A DNA stretch of 52,335 bases, the filler included, from Stramenopiles sp. TOSAG23-2 (Eukaryota): the NCBI GenBank assembly GCA_900128395.1. It is 3 parts of 3 records of this genome, joined end to end, with 100 filler letters (N's around TTAATTAATTAA, not from the genome) between each part and the next. Parts side by side here need not be neighbours in the genome. Positions count along the whole stretch, not along the records: positions 17,516 to 34,905 come from LT649647.1; positions 35,006 to 52,335 come from LT649649.1; 1 more part is not named here. The stretch is one strand, 5' to 3'. Of the stretch, positions 32,255 to 41,296 are shown piece after piece (the stretch's first letter is position 1; each line of letters opens with the position of its first letter). The notes under the pieces were generated by a model. That model saw only the letters and a list, made by a program, of their open reading frames with translations. It did no database searches and was not told the origin of the DNA. Position numbers and translations under genes: made by a program.

Positions 32255-34290
32255 TTACAAACGACTTTGTGCTGCAGTTGCTTGTCCAATACTTGAAAAT
32301 TCAACACCTTCATANNNNNNNNNNNNNNNNAAATCTGGGAAATTCAACACCTTCAAACTTTCCATTGCTACGCCATTGTTGAATATATTTAAAAAACGCC
32401 AATGGACCTTGTGGATAACCACCGTAATATCTTGCAAGCTCCATATCTGACTTTCTCCCTTCGTTATTATAATAACCAGGTGTACATGATGCCATACCTT
32501 GTCTAGGTATTGCAGATAAAATTTTCTTAACCCAGTCATCTTCAACTTCTTTTGTAACTTCCACACGATTATATCCATGTTTCTGTGCATGCGCTAACAT
32601 CGCACCCACTGTTCTACCTTGTTCAACATAATTATGGGGAACATTGACACCATAGCTAGCATTCTGACCTGTTGTGGAGTGTAGCGCATGAATGAGTGAT
32701 GTGTTGTTAGAGAGGATATCCTTTTTTAGATTTAAGGGGGAATAGAATTTTTTACTTACCCATGCCTTGATAAAATAAATTAGGAAAGTTATGTACATGA
32801 ATTCCATGTTTTGATCGCATTCCTTTTTCCCATTTTTTGGTAAGTGTTAAGCCATCTCGCCCGGTAATTTCAAATCCATTTTTTCTGGCCATATCACCGC
32901 CGACTTCAAAACCAGAACCATAGATAATGCAATCAACTATGTATTCATGTCCATCTACTACTAATCCGTTCTCCGTAATTTCTTGAACGCCTTTTGTATG
33001 GGAACAATCTACAAGATGTACATTTGGACGATTGTATGAATCAAGATACTCATCATGGAAAGTTGGACGTTTGCAAAGTTGCCTATACCAAGCTTTTAAC
33101 TTATCTGCAGTATCTCTGTCTTTTACAATTTCATTTGTTCTTGCACGAATTTCATTCATTTTCTCATTATCAGCATCTTCAAATGCTTCCATCACTGCTG
33201 AACGTGATATTTTGTCACGTGGTGTATTTCGAATGGCTTTTTGAATTCTTGTCATTAAATCTGTCCAGCCATCTTTAACTAAATCTTCCTCGTCTGCTTT
33301 GGCACGGCCAGTATTGATACCTGCAAAATTTTCTTGAAAAACGGTTTGCCATCCTGGTTCCTGTTTTATCTTTTGAAAGTAATAATCTTCATCCGTTGGA
33401 ACATTACCTCTTTCATCGACTGAGCTTGGTGTTCTTTGAAATACATATAATTCTTTGCATGCAACTGCTAAATGTGGCACTGCTTGAATTGCTGTTGCAC
33501 CTGTACCAATCAAAGCAACTCTTTTATCACCAAGTTTATCAAGTGGTTTAGCTATTTTACTTCCTCCACCTTTAGCTGTAAGCTCTCCACCAGCATTGGG
33601 AGACCCACCTGTATATGCATAATCCCAACGAGACGTATGAAAAGTATGGCCTTTAAAAGTATGTATTCCAGCAATGCCAGGCAATTTTGGAGTTACAAAT
33701 GGTCCTGTCCCTACACCAAGAAACGTTGCTGTAAAATTATCACCACGATTGGTTGATATTCTCCAGCAATTATTTTCTTCTTCCCAATCAAGGCTAGTGA
33801 CTTCAGTATGCAACAAAGCATTATCGTAAAGTTTGTATTTTTCAGCAATTTTTTTACTTTGTTCCAATATTTCTGGACCATGTGCATATTTTTCTGTTGG
33901 TATATGGCCAGTTTCTTCCAGCAGTGGCATATATACAATGGATGCTGTATCACACATTGCCCCAGGATAACGGTTCCAATACCATGTACCTCCAACATCA
34001 CCACCTTTTTCAATAATACGTACATCTTTTGGATCTGCACCTGCTTCTACTACACCAGCACCGGTACAAAGTCCTGCAAAGCCACCGCCAACATATGCAA
34101 ATTTCACATGGTCCGTAACAGGTTCCCGTTCCTGGTATGCAATGTATGGATCTTTTTTATAATAGGACAGTTGACCTTCCAACGTTATATATTGATCATT
34201 TCCATCATTGCGCAAACGTTTATCTCTTTCTTCGAGATATTTCTTTCTCAATGCCGCTTTATCCATACCATATAAATATTGTTTCGACAT
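32255..34290 (-). CDS. Type I Baeyer-Villiger monooxygenase, one intron (32669-32759), C-terminal PTS1 SRL, 16-N gap near the 3' end
   Basis: GGGFAG, GGTWYWNRYPGAMCD, BVMO fingerprint FKGHTFHTSRWD, GTGATA, VFQRTPS, CKRPTF, CTPGYYNNEG. The 91-bp intron GTAAGT...CTCTAAC...ACAG joins QGMG to QNASYGVN. After the gap the frame reads EGVEFSSIGQATAAQSRL-stop. Confidence 0.93.
32315..32330. other. 16-N scaffold gap inside the BVMO gene, with the EGVEF codons duplicated on both sides
   Basis: aaattcaacaccttca occurs on both flanks, indicating an unmerged overlap. Confidence 0.85.
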
Positions 34291-34763
34291 GATGGATGAA
34301 CGGTGTGTGTGTGTGTGTGTGTGTGTGTAACTTGATGACAAAAATTAATTAATAATTATTCAAACTCCGTTCATTAAATGTTTCTCCCTTCATGTTATTC
34401 TTGTCTACAGACTATTACCTACATGCATATTATAAAAATATATTGTTCATTGAAGTTACAAGAAAGAAGAATGGAAAAGGCACGCGTGTGATTAAGTATT
34501 ATTTAGCATTATTTTTTTTATTTTTGGGCGCACGTAAGACGGACACCCAGGAGGAATAATAGTACTAATAAAAATGCATGCAAAACTTCAATTTATACAT
34601 GTACACACGGTATACGTAAAGCAAAACTGATTTTAATATACATATATATACGAGCAAGACCAATTAAACATTACATGGATAGTGCATATATATAAATATA
34701 TATATATATATATATTTTTTTGCGTATAAAATATAAATAGATTAAAAATAGCAATACAGCAAT

Positions 34764-34905
34764 ATGACGGAATGGTGGAAAATATCTGCGGTGGAACATG
34801 CAAAAGCAATTAAAACGAAAAAAATTACTAGTATCGAACTAACAGAATATTATATTAAAAGGATTGAAAAATATAATAAACAAATAAATGCAGTTATCTA
34901 TACCA
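34764..34905 (+). CDS. Amidase-signature family protein, N-terminal fragment cut by the contig end
   Basis: SAVEHAKAIKTKKITSIELTEYYIKRIEKYNKQINAVI matches the typical N-terminal helices of amidase/GatA/FAAH-family proteins. Confidence 0.75.
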
Positions 34906-35005
34906 NNNNNNNNNNNNNNNNNNNNNNNNNNNNNNNNNNNNNNNNNNNNTTAATTAATTAANNNNNNNNNNNNNNNNNNNNNNNNNNNNNNNNNNNNNNN
35001 NNNNN
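34906..35005. other. Artificial contig-joining spacer (44 N + TTAATTAATTAA + 44 N)
   Basis: Same 100-bp layout as 17416-17515. Confidence 0.97.
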
Positions 35006-35068
35006 TGATAATTTTATTCATAACGTGAAGACTGGGTTGTAGAGAGTGTAAAATATATTAATGACACG

Positions 35069-35276
35069 CTTAAAATGTAAAAACTTCATATCAAAATAAT
35101 AATTGTACGAGTATGATAAATTAAAAAATAAGTTATGCATTAATATAATACGAGTCGTATAAATATCATATATCATTACTTAAAATGTAAAAACTTCATA
35201 TCAAAATAATAATTGTACGAGTAAATTAAAAAATAAGTTATGCATTAATATAATAATAAATATCATATATCATTAT
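35069..35276. repeat. Imperfect tandem duplication, 110-bp period
   Basis: cttaaaatgtaaaaacttcatatc... starts at 35069 and 35179. The copies differ by small indels. Confidence 0.85.
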
Positions 35277-35450
35277 ATGATTTAAAGAGTATCATGTAAA
35301 ATTATTATAACTTTAGATTTTAACCATCATACTTCGTATATATTTAAAGAGTATCAATATCATATATATAAAATATTTTTCATAAGAAAATAGGTACGTA
35401 CGAACTTTCGTATCAGTACAAATATGCTCAAATCAGTACGTGAAATTTGT

Positions 35451-36875
35451 TCAAACTACGTCGTATTGGTTCTTTTGCATCACATTTATCAATTTTTTAA
35501 AGCCTATTTGTAAAGCATGTTCTAAAATTAATGCACGTGATGATCCCACCAACTCAAAATGAGGATCCTTTGCATCACTTACTTCTCCGTCTTCTGCCAT
35601 TAATAAGCCGCAAGTTTTTTCCTGTTTTAATTTACGTGAATGCTCTACGTATTTTGTTTCAATAGGAACTCCTAGTGATGGCAGCGAAATAACTTTACTT
35701 GATAGTAAATCTTTAATAATGATCCACGCAATGTCATAATAATAGGCCGAAGGCGGACCAGGAGGCGATTTCATGACACCACTTTCAATGCTAATTAAAA
35801 AATTGTATTTACGATTCGTATCAAATTCTTCACTATTGGCAATAATATACGCTTCTAGTTGTTGCAACCTATTTTGAGCTCCAGTATATGTTTCTTCTTG
35901 TCCTATTGGCTGCTCAGAAATTCCAGAAGTTGTACTATGTCCATGTATATTGTTCAATGTTAGATTTTCTAAACTGGCACAAGCAGCGTTTTTAACAGCA
36001 TTTTTCTTGATAGGCGAATTTGATGCTATAAACAAGTTGAAACACTTTGGTGAGACAGAATTACTTGAGAGACTTTTCTTCAAAGGAGGCATATTCAATG
36101 ATGTATTTTGATGGTTTCGTTTGACAGTTTTATTTAAAAAATAGCTCACTAATGATGGGTATCCACCATACAAAACATACCCATTTAGTAATTGAAATTT
36201 ATCCAGTACATCAATAATACCACACTTCAAGATGTCTTTACATGTGTGATCAAACTTATCTCCTTCCACACTGATTGAAGTCCAAGACTCTGGAGGCACA
36301 TCTGAATCTTCAACAAAACTAATACCGTCACTATTGTTATTGTCATAACTATTATTGTTACTATTACTATTACTGTTTGTAGATGAATGCAAACTATTTT
36401 CAATCATCTTTTTTGAAACTGCCAAAGTATCAACTGTGTACATACTATGGTTTAATCCAAGGTCTGAAACTAACCTTTCCTTTGTGATAGATACTGCACC
36501 AACCTCTGATACATGCAAAGTATCCTTTTTCCTTGCACAAGCACCGTACTTGACTAATGTCTCTACAACAGAATTTGATCCAGCTGAATGTTTATCCCAC
36601 CTTTCAAGGCCTTTTAATTTTATACCAGTTGCAGCAGCAACCCTTTTCTTCAGTTCCAAATTGCTAGTTTGACCACCCCTATATTTAATTCCTAACCCAT
36701 CTGGCTTTTCTAGTAAATCTTCCCCTTTTACCAATATATATATATCCTCACGTTGTTTTTTGCGTTGTTTTTTATCATAACCATCAGCAACAATTTTACT
36801 AAGCCATTGTTGCACTATACTACTTTGCAGTTCTTTAGTTTTAATGAACACCCTAAATTCCCATGTCTTTGGCAT
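35451..36875 (-). CDS. Fusion of a CYTH-like N-terminal domain and a YjjX/PRRC1-type non-canonical purine NTP phosphatase domain
   Basis: C-terminal IASNSPIKKNAV, SGISEQPIGQEETYTGAQNRL and ISIESG are YjjX-type. N-terminal WEFRVF, REDIY, GIKYR, LELKKR, ITKER, SISVEG and GGYP are CYTH-like. ATG at 36875. Confidence 0.75.
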   Translation of the reverse strand: MPKTWEFRVFIKTKELQSSIVQQWLSKIVADGYDKKQRKKQREDIYILVKGEDLLEKPDGLGIKYRGGQTSNLELKKRVAAATGIKLKGLERWDKHSAGSNSVVETLVKYGACARKKDTLHVSEVGAVSITKERLVSDLGLNHSMYTVDTLAVSKKMIENSLHSSTNSNSNSNNNSYDNNNSDGISFVEDSDVPPESWTSISVEGDKFDHTCKDILKCGIIDVLDKFQLLNGYVLYGGYPSLVSYFLNKTVKRNHQNTSLNMPPLKKSLSSNSVSPKCFNLFIASNSPIKKNAVKNAACASLENLTLNNIHGHSTTSGISEQPIGQEETYTGAQNRLQQLEAYIIANSEEFDTNRKYNFLISIESGVMKSPPGPPSAYYYDIAWIIIKDLLSSKVISLPSLGVPIETKYVEHSRKLKQEKTCGLLMAEDGEVSDAKDPHFELVGSSRALILEHALQIGFKKLINVMQKNQYDVV

Positions 36876-37256
36876 TTTATATATAGTGTACACACAATGC
36901 TTTTTGTAATTGAATAAAGTCAAAAGATTTTTGTATGTAATTTTTTCCTGGTCAATGTAAATATATTCTATTCCTTCTTCTTCATCTATTATTATATAAT
37001 TGAAAGAAATTTTGTGTTCATCAATATATTATTAATAAGCCATAAGCCATCCATCATATTCGCCTTTGCTGGTTGCCAGGTTTGCCAGCCAGGTTTGCCA
37101 AGGGTTGCACCTTTTTCGCGCAATAACCAAGTGCCGTGAAAGGCAAGGACCCCTGCCCTGAATTTATGTAAAAACGATAGAAATGTCGTTATAGAAGGAA
37201 ACATTTAAGGAGGGAACATCGAAGGAACGTATTTTTAAACATTGTAGTAGGATGAA

Positions 37257-37475
37257 AAAGACGTGGTTAATGGACACAGCATGGGTATATGGAATAAGGA
37301 GTTGGAACTGGAGGAGGGTTTTAATTTAGTGTGTTGTTTGTTTGGCGGGTAGAATGGGAGTAAGGAAAGACGTGGTTAATGGACACAGCATGGGTATATG
37401 GAATAAGGAGTTGGAACTGGAGGAGGGTTTTAATTTAGTGTGTTGTTTGTTTGGCGGGTAGAATGGGAGTAAGGA
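37257..37475. repeat. Perfect 109-bp tandem duplication, G-rich, intergenic
   Basis: aaagacgtggttaatggacacagc...gggagtaagg at 37257 and 37366. Confidence 0.92.
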
Positions 37476-37630
37476 TAATTCCTTAATGAAATAACATTAA
37501 CATCCTATGTCAAATCGCGTATCGCGTATTATCGCGGGTATTATAAAATTATTATCGGAAGTTCCCAAAAAATTAAAATGTAAAATGTGTATATATAGAA
37601 TATAATAAATGTACAAAAGTGTTGTACGAG

Positions 37631-39829
37631 TTAGACCAAGGCAAAAGAAAATGTACTTTTATTATACGCATTTGCAGAAACGTAGCTTCCCCCATGGCCT
37701 CTCTTTGCCGTTCCGGTCCAATCTGTTCTGTCCTTATTTTTTTCATAAAATTCCTTTCGCAGTTTTTCTAAATATTCCAGTCTAGTGTCTTTCAATTTGT
37801 GTATTTTTTCTAAATATTGTTCAGTCTTAGAGCATGATTTACAACAAGGTGGCATTTCTATTTCATAAAATGTATCGAGTTGATTTTCATAAACATAGCC
37901 GCTATCAGGACATCCTGGACCCTTCACGAAGACCGGTTTATACGGTAATTTTTTTCTATAAGTGTATCCACTTCCGTGTTGTGGAAGTCTTTGCACTGGG
38001 AGAGTCACATATGGATACGTATCGCGTATACTAATGATGCCACGTCCTTTCTGAAATCCACACCCTCTACAATCTAACTCTTCTTTCGTTTTAATTGTTT
38101 GAGATTCAGTACGGTATGTTATTCGTTGCGTATAAAGTAACTCTTCACACATTGCACATTTCCGTGTTAATTTGGGTAAATTAATAGACCAATCAATAAC
38201 ACGCCTTGCTAAGTCCCATAATTCGTATTTAACGCCTTCAAATTCAATCGAAGCAGTTGAATCGCCAATGTTGAGTTTTAACTTACCTTCAAGAACAAAT
38301 CCATTTTCGAATTTACCCGATAATTCTTTTAATTTTATATCGTGGTCTTTTAATTTTATATCATGATCTTTTAGAAGCGTCGAAAACGTATAGTCATCGG
38401 GCCATTCATATGTACCATGGCCGTGAAAATAATCGCGGCTAAACATTCCGCTATATCTTCGACCATCCTCAAACGTTTGTTCAACCATACCATGCATGTA
38501 AAAATGATCATAATCTTCAAAAATAAAATCGCCTTTGGAAACAAATTTGCCTGTTATATATGAGTGTATACAACCCTCATAATAACTATCACTATCAGTT
38601 ACAGTTAATGCACAATTTTTATATTGTTTATAGGAATACTTATTGATGGAAATCGCCTTTACATCACCTTTTGGCTCACCATATACAAATGATGCTTCAA
38701 ATTTAGCACATTGTTTCGGAATAGATATGGTACACTTACCGTGCATGAGTGATATTTTCCAATTTCCTTTAATAATTACACCATCATCTAATTGTCGTAT
38801 ACCTTCTCCGTGGAATTTGCCATTCTTCCATTGACCATCATAACTCCAACCATCATTGTCTGTAACTTTGCCATTTCCGTGCTCTTTTCCATTTTTAAAG
38901 TCCCCGATATAGGTTTCTTCTAAACACATTTTACTTTTGTTAATTATACGTGAATGGACATATTTTGTACCTTTGCCATGCGGTTTTCCATTTACAGTAT
39001 TTCCGACATATTCTGTACGATTTTTGTCGCTATAAATGATTTTTTGTTGTCCATTTTTAGTTTGAATACTTATGCTTTTACAAGGTGTTGTCAACAGTCC
39101 CAATAATTGCGGTTTATTAATTATATTTTCATCAGTATATGGAAGCTTCTTCACTGTCCCTGTGACTCGAGAAACTACTGCCAAATGCTTGGGAGGTAAG
39201 GAATTTTTTTTCTTTGGAGAAGAATATACAGCTACCTTTACAGTGTCAGCACGTATTAAATCACACAATGCTACATAACAACGTATTGATGGGAACGCAC
39301 AATACGATTTTTTCTTTGTTCGATCAATGCGTTTTATTACTCCAACTTCATTTCTTTTCACTTCACTATAATTATCAAATGAATGTTTTGGATTTTCTTT
39401 TAGCATGATTTTTTCACCCACTTTAAATCGAGGACCTGACATTTTTATTACCATAGAATCAGTTTCGTTCAGGTCCATCATGTGCCTATACGATCTTTTC
39501 TTTTCGACTGGAGTACCATCCGCATACGACCTCATTTTATAAAGATTATTATCATTATTTTTACATTCTCTTTTAAAAGCTGGTGTAGCAGGAATATCGC
39601 CTTCAATATATTGAATTTTACGTTTGTATTTTCCTCTCACGGTGTTTCCTTTTCTTTTCCTCTCACGGTGTTTCCTCACAGCTTCTCGATTTTTATAATT
39701 CTTCATGAGAAGATCTTCTTTGAGTTTTTTCAATTCCTCCTTTAGCTTTTTTTTTTTGGCTCTACATTTGCTCTGTCTCGCTCTATCTTGTTCCCTTTTC
39801 CTTTTTTTCTTTGCTTCAATTGTATCCAT
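37631..39829 (-). CDS. MORN-repeat protein with N-terminal bZIP-like basic regions, an SH3-like module and C-terminal CxxC pairs
   Basis: MORN repeats YVGNTVNGKPHGKG, YIGDFKNGKEHGNG, YDGQWKNGKFHGEG, YSGMFSRDYFHGHGTYEWPD. Basic regions EQDRARQSKCRAKKK and KNREAVRKHRERKR. CAMC, CRGC, CCKSC. ATG at 39829. Confidence 0.8.
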   Translation of the reverse strand: MDTIEAKKKRKREQDRARQSKCRAKKKKLKEELKKLKEDLLMKNYKNREAVRKHRERKRKGNTVRGKYKRKIQYIEGDIPATPAFKRECKNNDNNLYKMRSYADGTPVEKKRSYRHMMDLNETDSMVIKMSGPRFKVGEKIMLKENPKHSFDNYSEVKRNEVGVIKRIDRTKKKSYCAFPSIRCYVALCDLIRADTVKVAVYSSPKKKNSLPPKHLAVVSRVTGTVKKLPYTDENIINKPQLLGLLTTPCKSISIQTKNGQQKIIYSDKNRTEYVGNTVNGKPHGKGTKYVHSRIINKSKMCLEETYIGDFKNGKEHGNGKVTDNDGWSYDGQWKNGKFHGEGIRQLDDGVIIKGNWKISLMHGKCTISIPKQCAKFEASFVYGEPKGDVKAISINKYSYKQYKNCALTVTDSDSYYEGCIHSYITGKFVSKGDFIFEDYDHFYMHGMVEQTFEDGRRYSGMFSRDYFHGHGTYEWPDDYTFSTLLKDHDIKLKDHDIKLKELSGKFENGFVLEGKLKLNIGDSTASIEFEGVKYELWDLARRVIDWSINLPKLTRKCAMCEELLYTQRITYRTESQTIKTKEELDCRGCGFQKGRGIISIRDTYPYVTLPVQRLPQHGSGYTYRKKLPYKPVFVKGPGCPDSGYVYENQLDTFYEIEMPPCCKSCSKTEQYLEKIHKLKDTRLEYLEKLRKEFYEKNKDRTDWTGTAKRGHGGSYVSANAYNKSTFSFALV

Positions 39830-39984
39830 ACCTTTATATATATATATATTTATATGAAATATATTTTGATTTGTAAATGCTATCTTGTTCCCTTTTCCTT
39901 TTTTTCTTTGCTTCAATTGTATCCATACCTTTATATGTATATATATATATATATTTATATGAAATATATTTTGATTTGTAAATG
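39783..39984. repeat. Tandem duplication (97-bp period) covering the MORN gene start
   Basis: ctatcttgttcccttttcc... at 39783 and 39880. The copies differ mainly in (TA)n length. Confidence 0.88.
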
Positions 39985-40036
39985 CAATATGTATATATTG
40001 ATTGTTTGTAATTAATACTATTTCAACTGTATACTA

Positions 40037-40916
40037 CAGTACCTAGTATATACTTTTAAAATTGATTATCTTCCAACCCCTTCGGTGACAATCAAAATTG
40101 GATTTACACGATATTTTTCGTGTAAATCCAATTTTTACAGGCGGATAGCAGGTATTAAAAATTTTTCCGGTGAGAATCAATTTTCATTAACACCAGAAGG
40201 TATATTGCTAATGAATTTTTACTGGTGTTAATGAAACTTTAGTGTGGCTGGAAGTGCGGTATAGCATGGTGATAGCCCGTATTTTGAGTATCAAAAAGGC
40301 GGAGATTTTGTTTTTTGTTATGTGAGAATCGGGTTTTACGGTGGAAGTGAAGTAGGGTTGTAGTTGGTTTGGAGATGATAATCAATTTTCATTGTCAATA
40401 AATTCAATAAACCTTTTAACTTTTAATCTATAATCTATTGACAATCAATACATTTCCCGTCCCGTTACTTCCTTACAGGCGAATAGCATCTACTATTTTC
40501 CCCCTTTACTATGTCTATGGTAACACTGTATTAGGCCGTCACAGCACTATTTTGACCACTTTTTACCTGCTATTGCGGCCTAATTAGTGGCGACATTGCC
40601 TAGAGGTGTGTCACAAAAAATCCCATTTATTAGTCTAATTTCCTATCAAAATGTTCCCAAGCAGTAATAATGGGAATTACTGACAGGGGTTATATAACAT
40701 TATCACACCCTTTGATGTGTATACACACAGTTATATATTTTTATACATATAGATTTAAAGCTACAGATTCTAATATAATAATTTATACTTTTTATACTAT
40801 ATTTATTTTATTACTATTTTCCTTAAATATTTATTTCTTCCAAGTCTCTTCTTTGTTATCTTGCTTCGTTAATACCCCTATACACACACATCAGGGCAGG
40901 GAATACTAAGGTACTG
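40037..40916. mobile_element. Putative non-autonomous Tc1/mariner-type element (MITE-like), about 880 bp
   Basis: Left end TA|CAGTACCTAGTAT (40035-40049) and right end ATACTAAGGTACTG|TA (40903-40918) form an inverted repeat with one indel, start with CAGT and are flanked by TA. The interior is non-coding and rich in palindromes. Confidence 0.4.
40094..40236. repeat. Two perfect inverted repeats (18 bp and 15 bp arms)
   Basis: aaaattggatttacacga (40094-40111) pairs with tcgtgtaaatccaatttt (40118-40135). tttcattaacaccag (40182-40196) pairs with ctggtgttaatgaaa (40222-40236). Confidence 0.9.
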
Positions 40917-40925
40917 TACATTAGA

Positions 40926-40948
40926 GCTACGAGGACGGTCCTCGTAGC
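40926..40948. repeat. GC-rich perfect palindrome, 11-bp arms with 1-nt spacer
   Basis: gctacgaggac-g-gtcctcgtagc. Confidence 0.9.
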
Positions 40949-41296
40949 ATATACCAGCATACATCAATCATCCTATAATCCTTAAATTTTGCTATAATAA
41001 TTTTGCCATGGTTGACCGTATCCATTTTTTGCTGCTCAACTTCATCCACCAAAACAACATAAACACATCAGGGTATTTATAAGGAGTGCTGGGAGGAGTG
41101 CCGCCTGGAATGGAGTGCGAGAGTCCATTCAATTTTTATATTATTTTTTTTTTGTTTGTCGATTGTTGTGGCACTGTGAAACATAAATAGAAAGAGGAAA
41201 AATATGTTGAACAACAAGTCTGATCAATAAAGATTTACCATATTGTTGTATAATAATATTAAAATAATAACAAGCCACACCAAATAATTGATCAAC

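Noticed and set aside
32255-32807. ORFs 32310-32807 and 32255-32590 as separate genes
   Set aside because: They are the second exon and the post-gap tail of the BVMO gene.
28176-34905. Enzyme block as bacterial contamination
   Set aside because: A spliceosomal intron in the BVMO, PTS1 tails, microsatellite-rich spacers, mixed orientations and contiguity with a RasGEF gene indicate host nuclear DNA.
37257-37475. Direct repeats as a CRISPR array or LTR pair
   Set aside because: Only two abutting copies, no spacers, no cas genes, no internal retroelement ORF, and a eukaryotic context.
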